Origin: SAR324 cluster bacterium
GTDB lineage: Bacteria; SAR324; XYD2-FULL-50-16
Assembly (NCBI GenBank): GCA_028282825.1
Contig: JANQGZ010000093.1
Location: 186,612-250,611 of the forward strand
Length of the DNA stretch: 64,000 nt
Direction: 5' to 3'
The position numbers were made by a program, and so were the translations under genes. Positions 38,630-47,040 of the stretch are shown here, in pieces; position 1 is the first letter of the stretch, and every line of letters starts with the position of its first letter. The notes under the pieces are model-generated. The model was not told the DNA's origin. It saw only the letters and a program-made list of their open reading frames with translations, and searched no databases.

Positions 38630-39739
38630 CTAGAGTTCAATATCATGGAACCCGTGATACCAGGTATGGCAAGTACCTTCAATGGAGACCATGCACGGTC
38701 CATACGGGTCTTCCGGAGAACACTTGGTTTTAAACATCTTGCAGTCCGTTGGCAGGATTTCTCCCAACATAATACGGTGACACTGGCACCCTGGCGGAGT
38801 AGGCCTTGGCTCATAAGGCGGGGTGCAATCAAATTTATTATCGGCATTCAAGTGCTGATATTCTTCCTTCAAGGAATACGCCGTACCTTCGACTGAGGTA
38901 ATTCCTCTCCAGACTCCCGGGATTAAATCAAACACATCATCCATGACTTTAAGGGCTGCCAGGTTACCTTCTTCCTTTACAACCCTGCCATAGGCATTCA
39001 TCACCTTGGATTCACCTTTTTCCACGGCAGCCAGTACTTTTTGCAGGGCAGATAAAATATCAACAGGTGTAAAGCCTGCAACCACCAAAGGTAACTGGTA
39101 TTTCGATTCCATGTATTGGTAGGGTTGCGTACCGGTGATTGTTGCAGCGTGACCGGCAAGTAAAAACCCCTGGATCGATTTACGATCATGCACCTCCATC
39201 AATAGTTGGAATACAGGAGGAATATAACGATTGGCGATCAGAAAAAACAGATTCTTGGGGACACCACGTTTGATCATGCCCGCAACCCCTGCTGTAGTGG
39301 TTTCAAAGCCTACCGAGAAAAATACAAAATTATGATCCGGATTTGCTTCGGCTATGTTTATGGCTTCCAAAGGCCCGTATACCATTTTGACCGAACCGCC
39401 GTTTTTACGGGCATCATCCAACGATTCCTTGGTTGCCGGTACCCGCAACATATCACCAAAAGTCAAAACAGTGACACGATCCTGATAAGATAAGGTTATG
39501 GCTTTGTCTATCAATTCTACTGGACAGATACAAACCGGACAGCCCGGTCCGGGTATAATCTCCAGATCTGCCGGCAACAATTGTCGGATCCCATATTTAA
39601 CAATTTCGTGTTCATGAGTACCACACACATGCATCAACCTGGTTTTACCAAGATTTGCCACCGATCTCTCAATCATTCCGGCTAAAGCTTTTACCAGTTC
39701 CTTGTCTTCGTATCGTTTTAAGGTCTGATTAAAATCCAT
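38630..39739 (-). CDS. hypD: [NiFe]-hydrogenase maturation protein HypD
   Basis: 369 aa. MHVCGTHEHEI, GPGCPVCICP and FETT motifs. Confidence 0.95.
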   Translation of the reverse strand: MDFNQTLKRYEDKELVKALAGMIERSVANLGKTRLMHVCGTHEHEIVKYGIRQLLPADLEIIPGPGCPVCICPVELIDKAITLSYQDRVTVLTFGDMLRVPATKESLDDARKNGGSVKMVYGPLEAINIAEANPDHNFVFFSVGFETTTAGVAGMIKRGVPKNLFFLIANRYIPPVFQLLMEVHDRKSIQGFLLAGHAATITGTQPYQYMESKYQLPLVVAGFTPVDILSALQKVLAAVEKGESKVMNAYGRVVKEEGNLAALKVMDDVFDLIPGVWRGITSVEGTAYSLKEEYQHLNADNKFDCTPPYEPRPTPPGCQCHRIMLGEILPTDCKMFKTKCSPEDPYGPCMVSIEGTCHTWYHGFHDIEL

Positions 39740-39940
39740 GGTGTTTCCTTAATTGTTTGATGTTATGTGTGTTTGATTTAGCACTCGTTAATATGTTCAG
39801 CTGATAATGAGAGAAAAACTCGCAACTTTAAAAAGTTACATAATGTCATTCTATATTGGTATTGTCCCAAAATTTTCAATTTCCCTAGGAGAGACATAGG
39901 GGAACAATAAAAGGCAAAATTTTGAACAATTCTCTTAACG

Positions 39941-40115
39941 AACGGTAGGACGGACCTACGTGGCCGCCGAAGAATTGGATTGGGAGAAAGACCAAAACAC
40001 GTTCATACGATTCAATTAAGTTTATGCAAAATTTCTCAGACTTTTTGTTTGCAAAAGCCTATCGGCGGGGATGCTGAATTTGCGAGACTCGCAGCAAAGA
40101 ACCCGCCCTACCGTT
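39941..40115. repeat. Pair of inverted GTAG-headed REP-like elements (BIME/REPIN-like) in the hypF-hypD gap
   Basis: AACGGTAGGACGGA (39941-39954) matches the reverse complement of CCCGCCCTACCGTT (40102-40115) at 12 of 14 positions, with a perfect 9-mer AACGGTAGG. The right copy also has a GGCGGG/CCCGCC stem (40064-40069 / 40102-40107). Confidence 0.55.
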
Positions 40116-40243
40116 TGATCTGCATTCCAAATAGCATTAATCAAGGAGATCTACCCCCAGATCTTCCCGATAAAGCGCAGTCTGAAAGCGGATCCACCAA
40201 CTTGAATTTCAATGCAGAACTACCTTGGACCTAGACAGCTTAC

Positions 40244-42499
40244 TTACCTATTCCCCGCATATATCTGCCCCAAAGCTATTCCCCCATCATTCGGCGGTAC
40301 ACGCTGATGCCAATACGGTTTAAATCCCTCAGCCCGTAGTCTGGATATTGTCCTTTCCGTTAAATATTTGTTTTGAAAACAGCCACCTGATAAAACAACC
40401 CTCTCCACTTTTTCTCTGGCAGCCACAGCAACAATAATTTCTGCCATGGTGTTATGAAACTTCGCTGAGATGACACCAGTCTCCACCCCTAGTCTAATAT
40501 CTTCAATGACCTGTTTAACCATAGGACGCCAGTCTAATTCAAACCCCAAATCAAATCCATAGCTTTCTTGACAATCAACGCCCGCCAAAGAAAACTCCAA
40601 TTCCATGGCCCCCTGGCCTTCAAAGGAGGAAATTTGGCAGAGTCCTACCAGGGAAGACAAAGCATCAAACAATCTGCCCGCACTGGATGTCAAAGGCGAA
40701 TTAAAGTTCGATTGCAACATTTGGATAATCAGGGATTTTTCCTGACTGCTGAAAGCCTTAAAGGTTGATAACCACTCGATTTGGGAAAGATCATCCGCAA
40801 ATGCTTCAAAGAGCAGTCCCAGAGCAGTCCTCCTGGGCTCCTTGACTGCCTGACCGGAACCGGGCAAAGGAAAGGTTTTGAAATGCGCAACCCTTTCCAT
40901 TTCTTTCTCATTGCCTTTCAAAAACTCTCCTCCCCAGATTGTTCCGTCTGTTCCTGCTCCGGTACCATCCCAGGCAACACCCAACACATCACCTGTCAGT
41001 TGGTTTTCGGCCATACAGGAGGCGACGTGAGCATGATGGTGCTGCACCGCTTCCAAAGGCAGTTCAAGTTCTTTGGCATGTTTGGTCGAAAGATAATCGG
41101 CATGAAGATCCGTTATAACATGCTCTGGAGATACTTCAAATAAAGATTGAATGCTATCGATAGCATTTTGAAAAGCCGATAACGACTGCTCAGTTTCCAA
41201 ATCCCCCAAATGTTGACTGATGATGGCGTTAGAGCCGATTTGGAAAGCCACCGTACTCTTTTGATGAGCTCCGACGGCCAGAACCACTTGTCCGGCCTTG
41301 CCTATATTTACAGGCAACGGGGCGTACCCTCTGGCTCGTCTTAATACCAACTCCCGACCGGCCATGATCCGCGCCACAGAGTCATCCACCTGTCTTAAAA
41401 TTGGTCTGTTATGAAACAGAAACAGATCCGCTATGCTGCCCAATCTTTCAAGAGCCTCAGATTCATCAATACAAATGGGTTCGTCGGAAAGATTTCCGCT
41501 GGTGGCTACAACGGGTCTTTCAAAAGCCCTGAGTAGTATATGATGAAGAGGCGTATAGGGCAGCGTCACCCCAAGGGTCGGATTGTTGGGTGCTACATTC
41601 TCCGCAATTCTCGATTCTGAATAAGATGAACGTCGGTTTAGCAGCACTATAGGCGATTCAGGAGACTGCAACAATCTTCGTTCGGATTCATCCAGCTCAC
41701 ATTCCGCTCCAATCTCCTCCAAAGACGTCATCATCACTGCAAACGGTTTTTCATTTCTGCGTTTGCGCTGCCTTAAAGTATCAATCGCCTCCTGATTGTC
41801 GGCATCCACTATCAGATGAAAACCTCCTAATCCTTTGACTGCAGCAATTTTACCAGCCCTCAACTCATTTGCTACCCGTTCAATAGCTTCCTGGTCCCTG
41901 GCCAAGAGCTTTCCTGTTGCATCCGTTGCATAAACATAAGGTCCGCATTTCGAGCATGCATTTGGCTGTGCATGAAAACGTCGATCGTTGGGATCATTGT
42001 ATTCTTCCAGGCAGTCATGGCACATGGGAAAGTCTTTCATGGAAGTGCCGGGACGATCATAAGGCAAGGAATCAATTATTGTGTAGCGGGGACCGCACAA
42101 TGTACAGTTTGTAAAAGGGTAGAGATACCTGCGATTTGTCGAATCAAACACTTCCGAAAGGCATTCCGGACAGGTAGCAATATCAGGTAAAACAAGTACG
42201 GTTTTTTCGCCTGTGTCTTCACTTTTCCTGATTTCAAACCCTTGATACCCAATAACATCCAGATAGCTGGATTCAAAACTTTGAATGTAGGCGTGGATTG
42301 GTTTTTCGGCCTCTATTTTGAGCAGGAATGTGCGAAGAGTGTCTTGAAAGCCTTCAACCTCAAGAAATACACCTTGCGAGGAGTTAATGATCCATCCGTC
42401 AAGCTGCAGAGAGGTAGCCAGTTTGTAAATAAACGGTCTAAATCCCACTCCCTGGACTGCACCACGGATCACAACCCGCAATCTTTGTTTGTCTTTCAT
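40244..42499 (-). CDS. hypF: Carbamoyltransferase HypF
   Basis: 751 aa. Acylphosphatase domain (VRGAVQGVGFRPF), zinc-finger-like Cys-pair motifs (CPECLSEV, CTLCGPRYTII, CHDCLEEY, CSKCGP), and YrdC and Kae1-like domains. Confidence 0.95.
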   Translation of the reverse strand: MKDKQRLRVVIRGAVQGVGFRPFIYKLATSLQLDGWIINSSQGVFLEVEGFQDTLRTFLLKIEAEKPIHAYIQSFESSYLDVIGYQGFEIRKSEDTGEKTVLVLPDIATCPECLSEVFDSTNRRYLYPFTNCTLCGPRYTIIDSLPYDRPGTSMKDFPMCHDCLEEYNDPNDRRFHAQPNACSKCGPYVYATDATGKLLARDQEAIERVANELRAGKIAAVKGLGGFHLIVDADNQEAIDTLRQRKRRNEKPFAVMMTSLEEIGAECELDESERRLLQSPESPIVLLNRRSSYSESRIAENVAPNNPTLGVTLPYTPLHHILLRAFERPVVATSGNLSDEPICIDESEALERLGSIADLFLFHNRPILRQVDDSVARIMAGRELVLRRARGYAPLPVNIGKAGQVVLAVGAHQKSTVAFQIGSNAIISQHLGDLETEQSLSAFQNAIDSIQSLFEVSPEHVITDLHADYLSTKHAKELELPLEAVQHHHAHVASCMAENQLTGDVLGVAWDGTGAGTDGTIWGGEFLKGNEKEMERVAHFKTFPLPGSGQAVKEPRRTALGLLFEAFADDLSQIEWLSTFKAFSSQEKSLIIQMLQSNFNSPLTSSAGRLFDALSSLVGLCQISSFEGQGAMELEFSLAGVDCQESYGFDLGFELDWRPMVKQVIEDIRLGVETGVISAKFHNTMAEIIVAVAAREKVERVVLSGGCFQNKYLTERTISRLRAEGFKPYWHQRVPPNDGGIALGQIYAGNR

Positions 42500-42514
42500 T
42501 GCAAACCGGTTAAT

Positions 42515-43300
42515 CTAAAATCCGGCTTTTTCGGTCAACCAATCAAAGAAGTCTTTAATGCCTTCTCCAGTTTTCGCTGAGACAGGAAAAACAGCAATTT
42601 GCGGATTGACCTTGTGAGAAAACTCGATGCACTTTTCCAGATTAAAATCCAGATACGGTATGAGATCAATCTTATTGATCAGCAATACGTCTGCAGCAAG
42701 AATCAGATCCGGGTATTTAACAGGTTTATCCTCACCCTCAGGACAGCTGACCAAAGCAACCTTGATATCTTCCCCCAGATCATAAGCAGTGGGGCAGACC
42801 ATGTTCCCAACATTTTCAATGACCAACAATCGGATATCCTTAAGTTCGGTTTTGTGCAACGCCTGGTGGACCATTTCTGCATCAAGATGACACGCAGCAC
42901 CGGTATTGATTTGAAGTGCTTTGGCTCCTGCATCTTGGATTCGCTGTGCATCGTTATCTGTCTGCTGATCGCCTTCGATTACAAACATTGGCAATTCCGC
43001 ACCATAATCCTTGATCAGCCTTTCCAACATGGCTGTTTTACCGGAACCTGGTGCACTGATCCAATTCATGGTAAAAACGCCCTGCCCCGAAAGATGTTCA
43101 CGATTATGTTGAGCAATGTGGTCGTTCTTATGCAGAATGTTTTGTTTGATACTGATTTCCCTTGCCTCTCCATGGTCATGGTTATGGGAGTGATGATGCG
43201 AATGGTCATGATCGTGGGTGTGATGGTGATGCCCCCCCTTGATAGGTTTACCATCGATCGTGATTTCGTCCGTTTCGGAGCAACCGCATTCCAAGCACAT
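42515..43300 (-). CDS. hypB: Hydrogenase nickel-incorporation GTPase HypB
   Basis: 261 aa. MCLECGCSE N-terminal metal site, the His-rich tract HHHHTHDHDHSHHHSHNHDH, and the G1 motif SAPGSGKT. Confidence 0.95.
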   Translation of the reverse strand: MCLECGCSETDEITIDGKPIKGGHHHHTHDHDHSHHHSHNHDHGEAREISIKQNILHKNDHIAQHNREHLSGQGVFTMNWISAPGSGKTAMLERLIKDYGAELPMFVIEGDQQTDNDAQRIQDAGAKALQINTGAACHLDAEMVHQALHKTELKDIRLLVIENVGNMVCPTAYDLGEDIKVALVSCPEGEDKPVKYPDLILAADVLLINKIDLIPYLDFNLEKCIEFSHKVNPQIAVFPVSAKTGEGIKDFFDWLTEKAGF

Positions 43301-43635
43301 TATTCTACCTCGATTGATTTTATATTTAGTTCCTGTCCTGAGATGGCTTTGGCAAAGTTACCACATTTTTCGCAAATCAGAAACTCCCTGGCTTCAAATT
43401 GATGACCGCAACTCACACACTCGCCCGTTAAAGGAATCGCTTCAATCTCAAGTATTGCCTGCTCGGCAATGGTATTTTTGCTGACCATTTCAAAAGCAAA
43501 TTCCAACGAATCGATGACCACACCGGACTTGGCACCGATTTGCAGAGCAATTCGATTGATACGTCCGGCCTTTTCCTGTTCCGCTGTCTCCAGGGCAGTG
43601 TCAATAATACTCATCATCAACGAAACTTCATGCAC
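43300..43635 (-). CDS. hypA: Hydrogenase nickel insertion protein HypA
   Basis: 111 aa. MHEVSLM N-terminus and the CVSCG ... CEKCG zinc site. It overlaps hypB by 1 nt. Confidence 0.95.
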   Translation of the reverse strand: MHEVSLMMSIIDTALETAEQEKAGRINRIALQIGAKSGVVIDSLEFAFEMVSKNTIAEQAILEIEAIPLTGECVSCGHQFEAREFLICEKCGNFAKAISGQELNIKSIEVE

Positions 43636-43716
43636 GGCAAGTCCTGATTATTGCTTATTAAATTGTTGGCAAATTCGTTCTGATTACTTTTTATTTTAGA
43701 GAATTAGGATCGGTTT

Positions 43717-43876
43717 TATCCTGATCATGAGAAGCGAAACTTGCAGCTTCGAGAGAAGGATCTGTCAGTGCTACTAAGACATTATTCGTTCAATACAGCA
43801 AGGTTCACTTCTCAGGATCAGTCTGCTTGATGGGCGACGAGTTACCCATCCTACAACTCCTGTTCAGAATGACACC
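43717..43876. repeat. Composite of short dispersed repeats in the hypE-hypA gap
   Basis: GAAGGATCTGTCAG (43755-43768) is the exact reverse complement of 52795-52808. GTTCAGAATGACACC (43862-43876) matches 52815-52829 at 14 of 15 positions. The hairpin GATGGG-N10-CCCATC plus CTACAA (43829-43856) parallels 22729-22760. Confidence 0.65.
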
Positions 43877-43930
43877 CCGACCAATAATTCTTAACTTAAT
43901 AACATTGCCATAAGACCACTTTACTGTTTT

Positions 43931-44956
43931 CTAGCAAATCCTTGGCAATTGTTCGCTGGCAGGCATGTCCACAATTCGTCTTGTGCCAATGGAAGTCTCC
44001 AAAATCACTTTTCCGGCGTTCTTTTCCACGATTCGGCCGATCACGCTGGATTCCTTTCCTTCGTCAAATGACTTCATAGTTTCCAATGCTGTCTCTGCTT
44101 CGCTTTCTTTTACGATAACCAGCACTTTGCCTTCGTTTGCAATGTAAAACGGATCCAATCCAAGCAGTGAGCTAATAGCTTTAACCTGATCATCCAAAGG
44201 AATTTGATCCTCAAACAGCTCTATTCCAACGTTTGCCGCTGAAGCAATTTCATTCAGTGTTGCTGCAACACCTCCTCTTGTCGGATCACGAAGCACATGC
44301 ACATCTTCCACCCTGTCAAGCAGTGTCCCAATCATCCTGTTCAATGCGGCACAATCGGTAACTACACCGGATTCAAATTCCAATCCCTGCCGTTTCGTCA
44401 TCACCGCAATGCCATGATCAGCAATTCTGCCGTTAATGAGTACAACATCACCCACTTCCGCCCTGGTAGGAGAAACATCAACGCTCTCCCTCACTAATCC
44501 AATCCCGGAGGTATTGATAAACACGCCATCAACACTGCCTTTTTCCACGACTTTGGTGTCCCCGGTAACCAGCGTCACTTCTGCCTTCTCAGCTGCAACT
44601 TTCATCGAATCCACAATGAGTTTCAAGCTATCCAGGGAAAATCCTTCTTCAAGAATAAATCCCGCAGAAAGATATTTGGGATCAGCCCCGCACATGGCCA
44701 CATCATTGACTGTGCCGTTTACCGCCAAATCACCGATATTGCCGCCAGGAAAAAATATAGGATTCACAACAAACGAATCGGTTGAAAAAGCAAGTTTTTG
44801 TCCTCCCATATCAAGAATGGCACCATCGTGGACTTCATCCAGGAATGGATTGGAGAATCCAGGTTGAAAAATCTCCCGAAACAAATCCTGGGACATCTGC
44901 CCTCCACTGCCATGCCCCAGCTTAATAGTGCTGCCTTGACTACTCTTATTATTCAT
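43931..44956 (-). CDS. hypE: Hydrogenase maturation protein HypE
   Basis: 341 aa with a PurM-like fold. LGHGSGG N-terminal motif and the terminal PRIC motif. Confidence 0.95.
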   Translation of the reverse strand: MNNKSSQGSTIKLGHGSGGQMSQDLFREIFQPGFSNPFLDEVHDGAILDMGGQKLAFSTDSFVVNPIFFPGGNIGDLAVNGTVNDVAMCGADPKYLSAGFILEEGFSLDSLKLIVDSMKVAAEKAEVTLVTGDTKVVEKGSVDGVFINTSGIGLVRESVDVSPTRAEVGDVVLINGRIADHGIAVMTKRQGLEFESGVVTDCAALNRMIGTLLDRVEDVHVLRDPTRGGVAATLNEIASAANVGIELFEDQIPLDDQVKAISSLLGLDPFYIANEGKVLVIVKESEAETALETMKSFDEGKESSVIGRIVEKNAGKVILETSIGTRRIVDMPASEQLPRIC

Positions 44957-45144
44957 AGTTATCGGAATGTCGTTTGTTGATTGCAGGAGCCTTTTGGAAA
45001 CTGCTATCGATTTACCGGAATCACTTTGATTGATTCGATCTCTATGAGATACTTTCAGCTTAGATCTGATAGGTGATAACAGCAGGATGGCGTCGTATCA
45101 ATCCTTTGATGCCTGATCACGTGCATTTGTTTGAGGATAAAACA

Positions 45145-45393
45145 CTACCATTTGTTATATGCACCGGGCATCTTGGCCACTTCTTCTATAAGCTTCAGAT
45201 TTTCAAGAGCTTCTTCCTTGTCCAATGTATTAATAGCAAACCCGGCATGGACAATTACATAGTCCCCCACTTTCGCGTCGGGAACCCAGTCAATACAGAT
45301 ATTTTTGAAAATCCCGTTGAAACTGACCTTGGCCATGACCATCGGCCCCTTGTCGTCAATCTCTTCAATTTTTCCGGGTACAGCAAGGCACAT
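45145..45393 (-). CDS. hypC: Hydrogenase assembly chaperone HypC
   Basis: 82 aa. MCLAVPGKIEEID N-terminus (essential Cys2). Confidence 0.95.
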   Translation of the reverse strand: MCLAVPGKIEEIDDKGPMVMAKVSFNGIFKNICIDWVPDAKVGDYVIVHAGFAINTLDKEEALENLKLIEEVAKMPGAYNKW

Positions 45394-45670
45394 ACTCTCT
45401 CCTGAATGCGTATCCTCGTTTAAGGCAATACCAAAACACTTACTACTCTAAGGTTGAATTGGACAAAATGTCAAAAACACTAACGCCAATTGTTGACCTT
45501 ATCAACTATTATTTTAGATTGTACTGTTTAGAGTCTAATATTAATAACAAATTGCCGATAATTTCTTTTTATAATTTCATCTTTCCCAACCCACAAAAAA
45601 CCGGAAATAATCGAGATATATTTTGTAAAAGTCGGAAAAATTGATCTGAAATAAGGTATTTTTAGATTTT

Positions 45671-45697
45671 GTGCTACGAAATGCATAATCGTAGCAC
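45671..45697. promoter_or_regulatory. Perfect 9-bp inverted repeat GTGCTACGA-N9-TCGTAGCAC in the hypC / hybO divergent promoter region (candidate operator or UAS)
   Basis: Read directly. It lies ~250 nt upstream of the hybO ATG and ~280 nt upstream of the hypC ATG, and no ORF explains it. Confidence 0.4.
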
Positions 45698-45949
45698 TGC
45701 GATGAACGATTTTATTCTATAAATTTCAATAAAGTACATTTTACTATTTTTTGACTTCTTTCTAAAACACCGACAGTATTCGGTTTAAACCAGTAAAAAG
45801 CTTAATTTTTCCTTTACAATTCACTTCATTCGTGTAAGATTTGCGCACTAACCTTAATTTGCTTTAATGTCTTAATATCTTTACAGATAAGGGCGGCCGC
45901 AAACCCCCTTATTTTTTTGTTTCCTAAAATTTTAGGGAGGGAGATACAT

Positions 45950-47038
45950 ATGATCCGAGGTAAAAACATATTTGTTGAAAATGAAGTCGGCAGACGAGAC
46001 TTCCTGAAGCTTTCAACAAAGGTGGCAACAGTGCTGGGGCTTTCTCCGGTTTTCATACCAAAGATTTCTCACGCAATGCAGGCCAAGGAAAAGCCGGCGG
46101 TAATCTGGCTGCACTTCCAAGAGTGTACTGGCTGTACAGAATCGTTGCTGCGAGCTGAAGGTCCGGATTTAGCGCAAGTTATTCTGGATGTTATTTCACT
46201 TGAATACCATGAAACTCTTTTTGCTGCTGCAGGGCATCAAATTGAAGACAATCTTCACAAAGCCATGAAGCGCTACAAGGGCAAATATGTCCTGGTTGTT
46301 GAAGGTGCCATACCTAAAAAGATGGACGGTGCCTACTGTCAAATCGCCGGCAAAACTGCCATCGATATGTTGAATGAAACTGCAAAGGATTGTGCAGCAA
46401 TTGTTGCTATCGGCTCTTGTGCGACCTGGGGTGGGATTCCTTCAAGCGGACCCAACCCAACAGGAGCTGTAGGCGTTAGTGACATTATTAAGGATAAGCC
46501 AATCGTTAATATTCCCGGCTGTCCACCAAGTCCATATAATTTCCTCTCAACTGTTGTTCATTATCTGCTCTTCAATAAGATCCCAACATTGGATGAAGAA
46601 GGTCGACCTATGTTCGCATATGGCAGACTGATCCATGACCAATGTGAAAGAAGAGGTCATTTCGACTCAGGAAGATTTGCCAATGCCTATGGCGATGAAG
46701 GACATCGCAAAGGTTACTGCCTATACAAGCTGGGTTGTAAAGGACCAAGTACTTTCGGAAACTGTCCTGAAATCGGATTCAACAGGGAGAAAACCTGGCC
46801 GGTTAACGTTGGACACCCCTGTTTTGGCTGTATTGAATCCAAGGTTGGATTTAACCAGTCAATCCACGAGATTTCAGAAGTCTTAAGTCCTAATCCACCA
46901 CAAACATACGCAAATATCGGCGAAGCGTCAGAAAAACCTGTTGGGGCCATTGCAGCTGGTGTTGTTGGTGCCGCTGTTGGAGCTGTTGGAGCAGCCGTAG
47001 TTACAAAAGCCAAGAGCCTGCCTGGCGAGGAGGAATAA
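45950..47038 (+). CDS. hybO: [NiFe]-hydrogenase small subunit, Tat-exported, C-terminal membrane anchor (group 1, Hyb-type)
   Basis: ATG 45950 follows a GGGAGGGAG RBS. Twin-arginine motif GRRDFLKL. FeS ligands in ECTGCTES and GSCATWGG...PGCPP. Hydrophobic C-terminal tail AIAAGVVGAAVGAVGAAVV. Confidence 0.95.
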   Translation: MIRGKNIFVENEVGRRDFLKLSTKVATVLGLSPVFIPKISHAMQAKEKPAVIWLHFQECTGCTESLLRAEGPDLAQVILDVISLEYHETLFAAAGHQIEDNLHKAMKRYKGKYVLVVEGAIPKKMDGAYCQIAGKTAIDMLNETAKDCAAIVAIGSCATWGGIPSSGPNPTGAVGVSDIIKDKPIVNIPGCPPSPYNFLSTVVHYLLFNKIPTLDEEGRPMFAYGRLIHDQCERRGHFDSGRFANAYGDEGHRKGYCLYKLGCKGPSTFGNCPEIGFNREKTWPVNVGHPCFGCIESKVGFNQSIHEISEVLSPNPPQTYANIGEASEKPVGAIAAGVVGAAVGAVGAAVVTKAKSLPGEEE

Positions 47039-47040
47039 CT

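Noticed and set aside
39980-40234. 84-aa ORF in the hypF-hypD gap
   Set aside because: It runs through the GTAG-headed palindromes and the AGATCT-N6-AGATCT repeat, starts with TTG without an RBS, and has a non-protein-like composition. The region is better explained as repeat DNA.
42599-43402. 267-aa plus-strand ORF opposite hypB/hypA
   Set aside because: It lies entirely antisense to two strongly conserved genes. Its translation mirrors the His-rich tract (VMVMGVMMRMVMIVGVMVM) and has no recognisable family features, so it is a shadow ORF.
45459-46056. Two short ORFs (61 aa plus strand, 76 aa minus strand) in the hypC / hybO control region
   Set aside because: They are AT-rich, Asn/Ile/Lys/Phe-biased and lack an RBS. 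The minus-strand one overlaps the hybO RBS and start. They are most likely non-coding promoter DNA.
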